DNA of 64,000 bases. It comes from Halarcobacter sp. GTDB lineage: Bacteria > Campylobacterota > Campylobacteria > Campylobacterales > Arcobacteraceae. Below are positions 17,478 to 27,494 of this stretch, one piece after another. Made by a program: the position numbers and the translations under genes. Numbering within the stretch: the first letter of the stretch is position 1; every line of letters starts with the position of its first letter. Under the pieces are notes generated by a model. It was not told the origin of the DNA. It did not search any database and saw only the letters and a list, made by a program, of their open reading frames with translations. The stretch covers positions 3,104,001 through 3,168,000 of the forward strand of contig OY781089.1 of NCBI GenBank assembly GCA_963676565.1, in the 5' to 3' direction.

Positions 17478-18248
17478 ATGTTTAAAAAGAGGAACTCCCT
17501 ATATTTTTTTATTATCTTTTTAATCACAACAATATTTATAATACAATATTTACAAATAAAAGAAGATCAAGAAAAGAAAATAATACAATCACTTAATAAG
17601 CAATCTTTAAATCTAGACGCATGGTTGTTAAAAAAGAAAAATTTTCTTGAAAAATTGTCGAAAGATTTAGGAAATATGGATTATGACAAAGAAACTTATT
17701 TAGATTTAATGAAAGACACAAATAAAAAAATGGGTACAAATAGTATTTTTAGTGGTTTTAAAAATGGAGAATACATTGATACCCAAGGATACTGGATAGA
17801 TAATTTTGACCCAAGAAAAAGACCTTGGTATATAGAAACTTTACAAAACAAAGAAACTACTTTTTCTGGACCAATGTATTATAATGATATTAGTGGTCAA
17901 CAAATTGTTTGGTGGGCAATTTCATCAGTTCTCTCAAAAGACAATGAACCTTTTGGAGTAGTTAGTAGTGAAATACTCCCAGATATGATTATTGAGCATT
18001 TAAAAAATATTCAACTAGATGATTTAGAACATATTTTTTTATTCCATAAAGAAACAGGAATTATTATATCAGCAATTAATAGAGATATAGAATTAAAATA
18101 TGTTCAAGACATATTTTCTGTAAGAATTTTTGAAAAATTTCAAAATACAAATGAAACAAAAATAGAATTTAAATATAAAAATCAATCTAAAACTGCCTAT
18201 AAGGCTCATTTAACTGAAGCGCCTTGGATACTTTGTATTATCAAATAA
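17478..18248 (+). CDS. Stand-alone membrane-anchored dCache_1 sensor-domain protein
   Basis: One N-terminal TM; FDPRKRPWY...GPMYYND; protein ends (PWILCIIK) with no second TM or output domain. Confidence 0.8.
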   Translation: MFKKRNSLYFFIIFLITTIFIIQYLQIKEDQEKKIIQSLNKQSLNLDAWLLKKKNFLEKLSKDLGNMDYDKETYLDLMKDTNKKMGTNSIFSGFKNGEYIDTQGYWIDNFDPRKRPWYIETLQNKETTFSGPMYYNDISGQQIVWWAISSVLSKDNEPFGVVSSEILPDMIIEHLKNIQLDDLEHIFLFHKETGIIISAINRDIELKYVQDIFSVRIFEKFQNTNETKIEFKYKNQSKTAYKAHLTEAPWILCIIK

Positions 18249-18273
18249 ATTACTAATTTTTTTATTTAAGGAT

Positions 18274-18299
18274 GAACCACTTTTAAATAAAAGTGGTTC
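18274..18299. terminator. Hairpin terminator between convergent genes
   Basis: GAACCACTTTTA-AA-TAAAAGTGGTTC. Confidence 0.65.
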
Positions 18300-18305
18300 T
18301 AAAAC

Positions 18306-18878
18306 TTATTTATGTAAAGATTGAGCAACTATAGAAAGGAACTCATCTTTTGTTTTTTTCTCTTTTTTAAATAATCCTCTAAGTGCTGAAGTTACAGTTG
18401 TTGAACAAATTTTTTCAACCCCACGCATTTCCATACACATATGTCTTGCATCTATCATAACTGCTACACCTTTTGGTTTTAAAGCATCATTTAATGCATC
18501 ACAGATTTGTTCAGTCATCTGTTCTTGAATTTGTAATCTTCTTGCAAAAACATCAACAACCCTTGGTATTTTACTAAGTCCAACAACTTTTCCATTTGGT
18601 ATATAAGCTATGTGTGCTTTTCCTATTATTGGTAACATGTGATGCTCACACATTGAGTAAAACTCAATATCTTTTATAACAACCATTTCATCATTTGAAC
18701 TTGTAAATAAAGCTGAATTTATAATTTCAATTGGATCTTGTTTATATCCACCACACATAAACTCATATGCTTTTCTAACACGACTTGGCGTTTTTTCAAG
18801 ACCTTCTCTATTTACATCTTCTCCAATATACTCTAAAATATTTTTAACTGAATCTTCAAATTCTAACTCTTTACTCAT
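18306..18878 (-). CDS. folE: GTP cyclohydrolase I
   Basis: [30 protein letters not shown]. Confidence 0.97.
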   Translation of the reverse strand: MSKELEFEDSVKNILEYIGEDVNREGLEKTPSRVRKAYEFMCGGYKQDPIEIINSALFTSSNDEMVVIKDIEFYSMCEHHMLPIIGKAHIAYIPNGKVVGLSKIPRVVDVFARRLQIQEQMTEQICDALNDALKPKGVAVMIDARHMCMEMRGVEKICSTTVTSALRGLFKKEKKTKDEFLSIVAQSLHK

Positions 18879-18889
18879 TTATATTCCTC

Positions 18890-20068
18890 TTAAGACTTTA
18901 ACATATCACTCATACTCCACAATGGGACAAAAATAGCTAAGATAATCCAAACAATAAGTGCCATTATGATTATGAAAAATAGAGGTTCTATTAAAGTAGA
19001 AAAAAACTTCAATTTATCTTCAAATCGTCTTTTGTAAATAATCTTAATCTCACTAACAACAATATCAAGAGAACTGCTAGCCTCTGCACTGTTTATTAGA
19101 TTTAAAATAATATCATCAAATAGATTTGAAGACTCAAATGCAAGTTTTACACTTTTTCCACTTTTTAGCAGATTTTCTATTTTGGTAATCTTATCAAAAA
19201 GATGTTGATTATTGATTAAAGTCTTTGCTTTTATAAAAGCATCAAGAAACTCATACTTACTTTTTAACAAAATATCTAAGACAACAAAAAATGTATACAA
19301 ATTTTTGTATTTATATAAAGAACTTATTATATAAAGATTTTCAACTATCATCTTATCTATAAAGACTCTTACTTTTTTTTCTTTTTTATAAAAAAGAAAA
19401 ATTGATATAATAAAAGCAATTAAAGTAAAAACAATCAAAAATAAATAGTTTTCAAAGATATCTTTGACAAATAATAAAGACCTTGTAGCCAAAGGTAATT
19501 GACCTTTTGCATTATTAAATATAGATTCAAAATTTGGAACGACAAATTTAAAAATACCGATTAAGGCAGAAAAAAAAGTTATCAATAAAATAAAAGGATA
19601 GGTCATAGCTTTTTTAAAATCTTTTTTTATTTGTATATTTTCACTTATAATATCACTTAAAAAAGAGAGGTTTTCTTTTGTATTACCACTATCTTGGATT
19701 ATTTTAAACATCGATTTTATTAGTGGATTTATTTTAAACCTATCTATACTTGTATAAATATCTGAAGAGTTTGAAAAAGAGTTTTTTAAACTTTTCAAAA
19801 AATCATTAATATGTTGTTTCTTTTCATTTTTTATTAAAATATCAAAGGCATCATCAAGCAAAATCTTTGAATTCAACATCATACTTAATTCATAAAGTGA
19901 ATTTCTAATTTGATTATCCGTAATCTTTTCTTGAAATTTAAACTCAAAAATAGACTTTTTTATCTCAATTATATTTGAGGGTAACTCCTCAAGCTCTAAA
20001 TTATTAGTTTCTATAGTTTTTGATTTTAAATTACCATTTTCTTGATAAACAATTTTATACTTTTTCAA
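18890..20068 (-). CDS. Type II secretion/type IV pilus inner-membrane platform protein (GspF/PilC/CtsF-like)
   Basis: AMTYP, FVVPNF, LIEP, AIFVP motifs; adjacent to a GspE-like ATPase. Confidence 0.87.
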   Translation of the reverse strand: MKKYKIVYQENGNLKSKTIETNNLELEELPSNIIEIKKSIFEFKFQEKITDNQIRNSLYELSMMLNSKILLDDAFDILIKNEKKQHINDFLKSLKNSFSNSSDIYTSIDRFKINPLIKSMFKIIQDSGNTKENLSFLSDIISENIQIKKDFKKAMTYPFILLITFFSALIGIFKFVVPNFESIFNNAKGQLPLATRSLLFVKDIFENYLFLIVFTLIAFIISIFLFYKKEKKVRVFIDKMIVENLYIISSLYKYKNLYTFFVVLDILLKSKYEFLDAFIKAKTLINNQHLFDKITKIENLLKSGKSVKLAFESSNLFDDIILNLINSAEASSSLDIVVSEIKIIYKRRFEDKLKFFSTLIEPLFFIIIMALIVWIILAIFVPLWSMSDMLKS

Positions 20069-21398
20069 CTACTTTATATACCTCAGATATTGTAGTTATA
20101 CCCTCTTTAACTTTTTGTTTTCCATCATCTAACAATGTTTTAAATGAAACTTTAGATAAATATTCATTTATATTCTCATTTTTAATAATATAAAGTGAAA
20201 GGTTTTCATCATTTTTTAAAACTTCACCTAAAGAGCTTCTTCCTAAAAACCCAGTGAAATTACATCTTTGGCAACCTTTTTTTAAACAATTTTGACAAAT
20301 TTTTAAAACCAGTCTTTGGGAGATTATATATTTAAGGGTATTTGCTAAAAGGTATCTATCAGCTTTTAAATCAATTAACCTATTAATTGTTTCTAAAGAG
20401 TTATTTGCATGAATTGAAGCTAATACTAAATGCCCTGTTAAAGATGCTTGTAGAGCAATATTTAATGAAGTTTCATCTCTAATCTCACCTATTAAAATAA
20501 TATCAGGATCTTGCCTTAAGATATTTTTTAATACTTTTTCATATCCTAATTCAATCTCATCATTAACCTCAATTTGTTGTATCGATTCTAATTTATACTC
20601 AACAGGATCTTCTATAGTAATAACTTTCTTTTTTGAAGAAGAAAGTTTTTTTAATAATGAATATAAAGTAGTACTTTTACCACTTCCTGTAGGACCTGTT
20701 ATTAAAACTAATCCTTGTCTTAGATTCTCAATTTCATTAAATGAATCTATAATATCACTGGAAAACCCTAATTTTTCTATATCTTTTTCAACTGTATTAT
20801 TATCCAAAATTCTAATTACTATTGACTCTCCAGTAATAATTGGCATAGTTGAAACTCTGAAATCATATTTTTTATCTTTAATTTCAAAGGAGAACCTACC
20901 ATCCATAGGAGTTCTAAAATTAGTAATATCTAATTTTGAAACCATCTTTATATATGAGCTTAAAACCTTTGAAAATGATTTACAGAAAGTGTAAAAAACT
21001 TTTAATGTTCCATCAATTCTAAATCTAATTTCAATAGAGTTTTCCTTGCTCTCAATATGTATATCACTAGTTCTATTTGAAATAGCTTTTTCTAAAAGTA
21101 TTTGAAAAAAAGAATTTATATGATTTAAATCATTTTCAAAACTTTGCATTGATTTTTTCGCTAAATCATATAATTTTATTCTAGTATCTAAATCATTTAG
21201 AAAAAAGAGAATCTCTTGTTTACTTATTAATTTTTTTCTAAATACATGGGAAACTGTTAATAAATTAATATCTGATTCTTTGCAATAATAACAATAAAAA
21301 TAGATACCATCTTTTTTTATTGGGATAATTAAACTATCTATTAATAGTTTTTTGTCAAATGATTTTAGGTATTCGTAGTCAATATTTTCAAAACTCAT
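20055..21398 (-). CDS. GspE/PilB/CtsE-family assembly ATPase
   Basis: SDIHIE, GPTGSGKST, EDPVE, LRQDPD, TGHLV, CxxC Zn motifs. Confidence 0.93.
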   Translation of the reverse strand: MSFENIDYEYLKSFDKKLLIDSLIIPIKKDGIYFYCYYCKESDINLLTVSHVFRKKLISKQEILFFLNDLDTRIKLYDLAKKSMQSFENDLNHINSFFQILLEKAISNRTSDIHIESKENSIEIRFRIDGTLKVFYTFCKSFSKVLSSYIKMVSKLDITNFRTPMDGRFSFEIKDKKYDFRVSTMPIITGESIVIRILDNNTVEKDIEKLGFSSDIIDSFNEIENLRQGLVLITGPTGSGKSTTLYSLLKKLSSSKKKVITIEDPVEYKLESIQQIEVNDEIELGYEKVLKNILRQDPDIILIGEIRDETSLNIALQASLTGHLVLASIHANNSLETINRLIDLKADRYLLANTLKYIISQRLVLKICQNCLKKGCQRCNFTGFLGRSSLGEVLKNDENLSLYIIKNENINEYLSKVSFKTLLDDGKQKVKEGITTISEVYKVVEKV

Positions 21399-21399
21399 A

Positions 21400-22038
21400 T
21401 TAATTTTTCTCTTGTAAATTTAAACTTATTTTTTTGAACTTATTTTCCATAAGTACACTTGTTTTATTGATTTTTTTAATCTCAAATCTTTCTATCTTGT
21501 CATTTAAACTAAACCACTTATTGTTTATAAAAACTTTTTGACCAATAATTGCTTTTAACTCATAAATTTGCTTTTTCTTTTCTTTAATCTTCTCAAGCTC
21601 TTTATTTAAATCTAATTTTTCTTTTTTATAAAATTTTTTAAAATCAATTGATACTTTTAAATTTTCATCACTCATTTGAAAACTTTTTATTTTAGAAAAG
21701 GAATTGTATTTTTCTAAATAGATTAATAAACTCAATCTTTTTTTTAAATCACTATTTGCAATGAAATCTAAACTACTATCCCCTTTTGTAATTTTGTTTA
21801 GATATATCTCATTTTTAAAGGCAAAATTTTCAATATCTTTTAATACATCTATCAATTTCATTTTCATTTTTATTTTCTCAATATTTACAAGTGAAGGGGT
21901 TTTATTAATTGGTTTTTTAATCTCCAAAAAATATAAATAGATTAAACAAAATATTGTAAGTGGAAACAAAAAGATTATAACCTTTGTTCTAAAAGATAAA
22001 AGGTAAAAACTATTTTCTATGGATTTTAAAAACTGCAT
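21400..22038 (-). CDS. Hypothetical bitopic protein in the GspE/F cluster
   Basis: N-terminal TM, operon context. Confidence 0.6.
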   Translation of the reverse strand: MQFLKSIENSFYLLSFRTKVIIFLFPLTIFCLIYLYFLEIKKPINKTPSLVNIEKIKMKMKLIDVLKDIENFAFKNEIYLNKITKGDSSLDFIANSDLKKRLSLLIYLEKYNSFSKIKSFQMSDENLKVSIDFKKFYKKEKLDLNKELEKIKEKKKQIYELKAIIGQKVFINNKWFSLNDKIERFEIKKINKTSVLMENKFKKISLNLQEKN

Positions 22039-22804
22039 TGGCTAAATAAACCTTTCTTTGAGAATCGTAAGTTATATCTTCCACTTTGAATTTTTCTAAT
22101 TTTTTAAAAAGAGCATAAAGATCTTGTTTTTTTGATGATTCAAGTTCTAAAAAAAGTTTTGAATTAATAAGACTTACTTTTAAAACCTTTACTAAATGTT
22201 CTTTACTTAAAAGAAAAATATCAATAAGTTCTTTACTTACAAAATAAAACTGTGAGTTAAACTCAATTTGTTTAGTATTTGTTCTTATCTTTTCTAGGAT
22301 ATTTTGATTATCAATTTTTGAAAAATCTAATATATAAAACCCAAAACAAAGAGTAAAAAAATATAAAAGAAAAAATTTAAGAAGATGTGACTTTTTAATT
22401 TTTAGAAATTGGTGTGTATTTTTCTTAGTAAATTTTAATTGAGAGTTTATTTGAAGGTTTTCAATTTTTAGTATCTTTTCTAAAAACTCTTTAACCTCCT
22501 CTTTTGTATTTGTTTTATCAATTTTCTGACAAAAATATAATTGTTTATTTTTAAAAACCAAAGCTAAATTCTCATAAAAAAATAGATTTGGATTTTTATT
22601 AGAATCTAAAAAAAAGTACTTTGGTATTTGTGTTTTGAAATGAATTACTTGGTATATATTCAGAGATTTTATGTATGAGTTATATAAAAAACTACTCTTA
22701 TCATAATTTAAAGAGGAGTTTTCTATGTAGTTTTTAATATATTTGTCTAAAAAATTTGAGTTTATCTCTTCATTAGATTTTATTTCTATTAAGTCTATTT
22801 TAAT
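22010..22804 (-). CDS. Hypothetical pilus/secretion assembly protein; frame open ~80 codons upstream of the listed TTG (22561), possible ATT/ATA start
   Basis: No stop codon between 22561 and 22807; AAGG directly upstream of ATT AAA ATA GAC TTA. Confidence 0.55.
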   Translation of the reverse strand: MKIDLIEIKSNEEINSNFLDKYIKNYIENSSLNYDKSSFLYNSYIKSLNIYQVIHFKTQIPKYFFLDSNKNPNLFFYENLALVFKNKQLYFCQKIDKTNTKEEVKEFLEKILKIENLQINSQLKFTKKNTHQFLKIKKSHLLKFFLLYFFTLCFGFYILDFSKIDNQNILEKIRTNTKQIEFNSQFYFVSKELIDIFLLSKEHLVKVLKVSLINSKLFLELESSKKQDLYALFKKLEKFKVEDITYDSQRKVYLANAVFKIHRK

Positions 22805-22882
22805 ACCTTATTTATTTTTAATAAGGTATTTTATTATTTATTACTTTGTATTTTAATTAAATAAATATATTTTTTTATTATT

Positions 22883-23767
22883 TTAAAAAGTTACGTCATA
22901 TCCTAATTCTTTAAGACCTTTTCTATCTTTTGTCCAACCTTTTTTAATAGAGACAAATAGTTCTAAATAACACTTTCTTCCTGTTAATCTTTCTATTTTT
23001 TGTCTTGCATCTTTTCCTATTCTTTTGATTGCACTTCCACCTTTCCCTACAATCATACCTTTTTGAGTTCCTTTTTGAACTATAATTGTTGCATTAACTA
23101 CATCAATATCTTTTTTCTCTTGCACCTTATTGATTTTTACATCTGTTTCATATGGTATTTCATCGGAAATATTCTCAAAAATTGATTCTCTAATAAACTC
23201 TTTAAAGATATCTCTCATATGTTCAGTTGTTAAAATTTCTGGGTCGTATAAGTAAGGATGCTCAGGGAGATATTTTACAACAACATCTAAAATATCATCA
23301 TGGGTAGTTTGTTTTTTTATTGATACAGGAATGATAGCTTCATATTTATCAGTATGTTTTTCATACTCTTTTATTTTTTCTAAAACTTCATTGTTTCCAA
23401 CATTATCAATTTTTGTTAAAAGTAAAATATGTTTTGTGTTTTTTTTATTTTTCTCTAAAAAGTTCTCATAGTGAGTCAATTTATCAGTAACAGGAGCTAA
23501 AAATAAAATCAAATCACAATCACCAATTGCTTTTAAAGCCTCATCAAGCATAAATTGATTTAATAACTTTTCTGTTTCGTGTAAACCAGGAGTATCTACA
23601 AATATAATCTGATCCTCTTTATGCATCACAATTATATTAGATCTTTTTCTAGTAGCATTTGCTTTATGCGAAACTAAGGCAATTTTTTCACCAACTAACC
23701 AATTTAATAGTGAACTTTTACCTGCATTAGGTCGACCTACAACTGAAACATAACCACATTTACTCAT
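22883..23767 (-). CDS. era: GTPase Era
   Basis: GRPNAGKSS, DTPG, KH domain with GKGG. Confidence 0.97.
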   Translation of the reverse strand: MSKCGYVSVVGRPNAGKSSLLNWLVGEKIALVSHKANATRKRSNIIVMHKEDQIIFVDTPGLHETEKLLNQFMLDEALKAIGDCDLILFLAPVTDKLTHYENFLEKNKKNTKHILLLTKIDNVGNNEVLEKIKEYEKHTDKYEAIIPVSIKKQTTHDDILDVVVKYLPEHPYLYDPEILTTEHMRDIFKEFIRESIFENISDEIPYETDVKINKVQEKKDIDVVNATIIVQKGTQKGMIVGKGGSAIKRIGKDARQKIERLTGRKCYLELFVSIKKGWTKDRKGLKELGYDVTF

Positions 23768-23817
23768 ACAATTCCTTCAAACATTTTAATAAGGTGATTA
23801 TATCTAAAATTTTCTAC

Positions 23818-25314
23818 TTATCTTCTTCGGTAAGAAAGAGATTCAAGTAAATGTTTTTTTTGTATATTTGTAGACTCTTCTAAATCTGCTATTGTACGGC
23901 TAACTTTTAATATTTTGTTTATACTTCTAAAGGATAGATTTAAATTGATTCTTGCTTTTTCTAAAAGCTCTTTTGTTTCAGAATCCAAAATACAATATCT
24001 TGCAATTTCATCATCACTTAACTTACCATTTAGATTTTTTTGACCTCTTAACATTTGCATTTTAAAAGCACTTATTACTTGCTTTCTTATTTCATGGGAA
24101 CTTATTGTTGATTTTGAATCCACACTTGTATCACTCATAATTACATATAAATCAATCCTATCTAAAAAAGGTTCACTTAAACGATTTTTATACCTTTTAA
24201 TTTCAAGTTCATTGCATCTACAATTATTTGAAACTGAGAGTAAATTTCCACATGGACATGGGTTCATTGCTGCGACAAACAAAAACTTTGTCTCATACAA
24301 GACTTTTGAATTTGCACGACTAACTAATAAAGAGTAATCCTCCAAGGGTTCTCTTAATGCTTCTATTATTGAGGAACTAAAATGTGGAAGTTCATCAAAA
24401 AATAAAATTCCTGAATTTGCTAAACTTATCTCCCCTATATTTGTTCCCCCTACAATAGAAGCTTTTGTTGAAGTATTGTGAGGACTTCTTATTGTTCTAA
24501 TTGGTTTGAAATCAGGTTCTTTTAATTGCAAGGCTTGTAATTTTGCAATCTCTAAAATCTCATCAATACTCATAGGTGTCATTATAAAAGGTAATCTTTT
24601 TACAAGCATAGATTTTCCAACTCCAGGACTTCCTTCTAAAATTATATTGTGATTTCCAGCTGCTGCAATAAGTGCAGCTTTTTTTGCAATTTCTTGACCC
24701 CTTATATCTTTAAAATCCAACTTATATTCATTTGTAAAATAAAACTCTTTACCGTTTATATTGATTTTTTCATATTCAAACTTTTCTTTTTTATATAAAT
24801 ATTTTTCTTTTTCTTTCAATTTAAAAAAATCAATTGCCTCCAATAAATTTTTAACACAATAAATATTTATATTTGGGATTTTAGATATTTTTCTTGCACT
24901 TTTTTCACAAACTAATACGTTTTTTATTTTTCCTTGTTTTACCAAAGATAAAATTATTGGGAAAATAGAATAACTATCTTTAATATCACCATTTAAAGAT
25001 AATTCTCCAAAGATATGATACTCTTTAAAATCAACTTTTTCTTCATATAATGAGACTAATAATGCAATTGGTAAATCAAAATGACTACCCGTTTTTTTAA
25101 TCTCGCTAGGTGCTAAATTTATGGTGATTTTTTTAGGAGGAAATTTAAATTCATTGGTTAATAATGATGATTTTACTCTATCTTTTGATTCTTGTATACT
25201 ATTTGTTGCTAATCCAACAATTGTAAAACTTGGTAATCCTTTAGTAAATGTTGCTTCAACATTTACTTCTTTTGCTTCTATTTCATTTAATGTTGCTGAT
25301 TTTATAATTTTCAT
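23818..25314 (-). CDS. comM: YifB/ComM-family Mg-chelatase-like AAA+ ATPase
   Basis: INLAP, DLPIA, GSPGVGKS, RSPH, FFDELP, NPCPCG, RTIADL. Confidence 0.9.
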   Translation of the reverse strand: MKIIKSATLNEIEAKEVNVEATFTKGLPSFTIVGLATNSIQESKDRVKSSLLTNEFKFPPKKITINLAPSEIKKTGSHFDLPIALLVSLYEEKVDFKEYHIFGELSLNGDIKDSYSIFPIILSLVKQGKIKNVLVCEKSARKISKIPNINIYCVKNLLEAIDFFKLKEKEKYLYKKEKFEYEKININGKEFYFTNEYKLDFKDIRGQEIAKKAALIAAAGNHNIILEGSPGVGKSMLVKRLPFIMTPMSIDEILEIAKLQALQLKEPDFKPIRTIRSPHNTSTKASIVGGTNIGEISLANSGILFFDELPHFSSSIIEALREPLEDYSLLVSRANSKVLYETKFLFVAAMNPCPCGNLLSVSNNCRCNELEIKRYKNRLSEPFLDRIDLYVIMSDTSVDSKSTISSHEIRKQVISAFKMQMLRGQKNLNGKLSDDEIARYCILDSETKELLEKARINLNLSFRSINKILKVSRTIADLEESTNIQKKHLLESLSYRRR

Positions 25315-25496
25315 TTAACTTCTTTAAATAATTCATTTAATTATAACAATTTATATATTTATTTTGAATAATAAATAATTGTATTTTTTATTTTAAATTA
25401 TAAAATCTAAAATATTATATTAAATATATATTTTTATTCTTATTCACTCAATAAATTTGTTATAATAATTAAAGATTCAAAAAAGAAGATAATATT

Positions 25497-26891
25497 ATGT
25501 CAAAAAATAATGCTCTACTTAAAACGAAACTTGTTTATTTCATTGTTTTTTTATCCCTAACATTCTGGGCTCTATTTGCTTTTTTTACAATGCATCAATT
25601 AATTAGTTCCCAAGAAATTTATGCAAAGATAATCAATATAAGTGGTAAACAAAGAATGTTATCACAAAAAACTACATTGATGGCAAAAAGAACATTTGAA
25701 ACAAATAATCAAAATTTTTTAGACCATACTTTAGAATTAATTAAAGAGATGAAAGAAGACCATAATTTTTTAATTAATAATTTGGCTTCAAAGGATATGA
25801 AAAATATTTATTTTGATGAACCCCATTCTCTTGATAAAAGAGTTAAAGAGTATTTTTCAATCTTTGACAAGTTCTTAAAAGAAAAAACAAAATCTAATCT
25901 TCAAAAAATAGAAGAATATTCTTATAACTTATTACCAAAATTAAATATTGCAGTTTATAAATTTGAAGAGGAGAGTAATCAAAAAATACTTGAACTTAAA
26001 AAAAGAGAATTTATAATACTTTTTGGGACTTTATTAACTCTATTTCTAGAAGCATTTTTTATAGTTATTCCCTCAATAAGAATAAATGAACAAAAAGAAA
26101 AAGAATTACAAGAGATAAATAGCAACTTAGAAAATAGAGTAAAAGAGGACATAAAAAATTTAAGAGAAAAAGACAAAATTATAAATGAACAATCAAAAAT
26201 GATTTTAATGAGAGAAATATTAAATAATATCTCTCATCAATGGAGACAACCATTGTCAATTATAACTACTGCTGTTAGTGGAATAAAACTAAAAAAAGAA
26301 TATAAACAATTAAATGATAAAGATTTAGATGAATATTTAAATGTAGTATTAGAAAATAGTGATTATTTATCAAAAACAATTGATAATTTTAGAAATTTCT
26401 TTGAAGATAAAGATGAGATGACTACATATAAGTTTTCATCTTTGATTGAAAATATTGAAGATCTTCTAAAAGAAGAGTTTGATAAGTATAAAATTGACTT
26501 TATTTTAGATATTGAAGAGTTACATTATTATGGAAATGAAACAAGACTCTTAAATTCAATACTTCATATTTTACATAACGCCATTGACGTTTTAAAAATC
26601 AAACAAGATCAAAGACTTATATTTATAAGTATATATAAAAATGAAAAAATTCATATAAAAATAAAAGATAATGGTGGAGGAGTAAAAGAAGATATTATAA
26701 ATAAAATATTTGAACCATATTTCACCACTAAACATAAATCTTTAGGTAAAGGAATGGATTTATATATTGTTAAAGAATCAATAGAAAAAATCTTAAAAGG
26801 TTCTATAAAAGTCACAAATGAACAGTATACTTACAAAGGAAATAATCAAAAAGGTGCATTATTTGAAATAATTTTACCTTCAAATCAATAA
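25497..26891 (+). CDS. Histidine kinase with NarX/PilJ-type periplasmic sensor
   Basis: P-box-like INISGKQRMLSQK; SHQWRQPL; KDNGGG; FEPYFTTK. Confidence 0.85.
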   Translation: MSKNNALLKTKLVYFIVFLSLTFWALFAFFTMHQLISSQEIYAKIINISGKQRMLSQKTTLMAKRTFETNNQNFLDHTLELIKEMKEDHNFLINNLASKDMKNIYFDEPHSLDKRVKEYFSIFDKFLKEKTKSNLQKIEEYSYNLLPKLNIAVYKFEEESNQKILELKKREFIILFGTLLTLFLEAFFIVIPSIRINEQKEKELQEINSNLENRVKEDIKNLREKDKIINEQSKMILMREILNNISHQWRQPLSIITTAVSGIKLKKEYKQLNDKDLDEYLNVVLENSDYLSKTIDNFRNFFEDKDEMTTYKFSSLIENIEDLLKEEFDKYKIDFILDIEELHYYGNETRLLNSILHILHNAIDVLKIKQDQRLIFISIYKNEKIHIKIKDNGGGVKEDIINKIFEPYFTTKHKSLGKGMDLYIVKESIEKILKGSIKVTNEQYTYKGNNQKGALFEIILPSNQ

Positions 26892-26950
26892 AAAAGTTAC
26901 AATATATTTACTTAAATTAAATATAATATACATGTATTAAAGGAGTTGAT

Positions 26951-27433
26951 ATGCAAACAGAAATTAGTACTCAAGATGAAAGGTCAAAAAACTATCTAAA
27001 AGATTGTTTTATGCAAAAGTGTAGAAATGAATATGATGATTATCTAAAGGATGAAGAATCATCGTTGGACAAATATGCAAAACTTTCAATACAATATCTT
27101 CAATATATATCATTGGGAGTATTTTCTACTGCTGTACTATTACAATCACCCTTAAACTTTAACTTTATAGCAGCATTTTTAGCATTGTCTGTTATAGTTT
27201 TTTTCACATCAGTTATATTAATTTTAAGATACTCTATGAAAAATAGTAATGATATGAAACTAAAAAATGATATCTATGATGCATGGACTAAAACTGTTCT
27301 TTTTGCCATTTTATTAAATCTATTATTGTTTTTTGTAGAAAATGGTTTAAATCAAATTCTAGTGGTTTTATTTTTTGCAACAATTGCAATAGTATTTATT
27401 CAAAAAAGTAAAAAAAATATTCAAGAACAGTAA
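26951..27433 (+). CDS. Hypothetical membrane protein (about 4 TM)
   Basis: AAGGAG RBS, hydrophobic segments. Confidence 0.7.
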   Translation: MQTEISTQDERSKNYLKDCFMQKCRNEYDDYLKDEESSLDKYAKLSIQYLQYISLGVFSTAVLLQSPLNFNFIAAFLALSVIVFFTSVILILRYSMKNSNDMKLKNDIYDAWTKTVLFAILLNLLLFFVENGLNQILVVLFFATIAIVFIQKSKKNIQEQ

Positions 27434-27494
27434 GTATATTAATACCCTTTTTAGTTGTAGATTTATAATTAAAAAGGGGGAAAGCTAAAAAGTT

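Noticed and set aside
1..18300. Intact mobile element carrying the DMSP region
   Set aside because: No integrase, transposase, terminal repeats or att duplication visible; the left boundary lies outside the window
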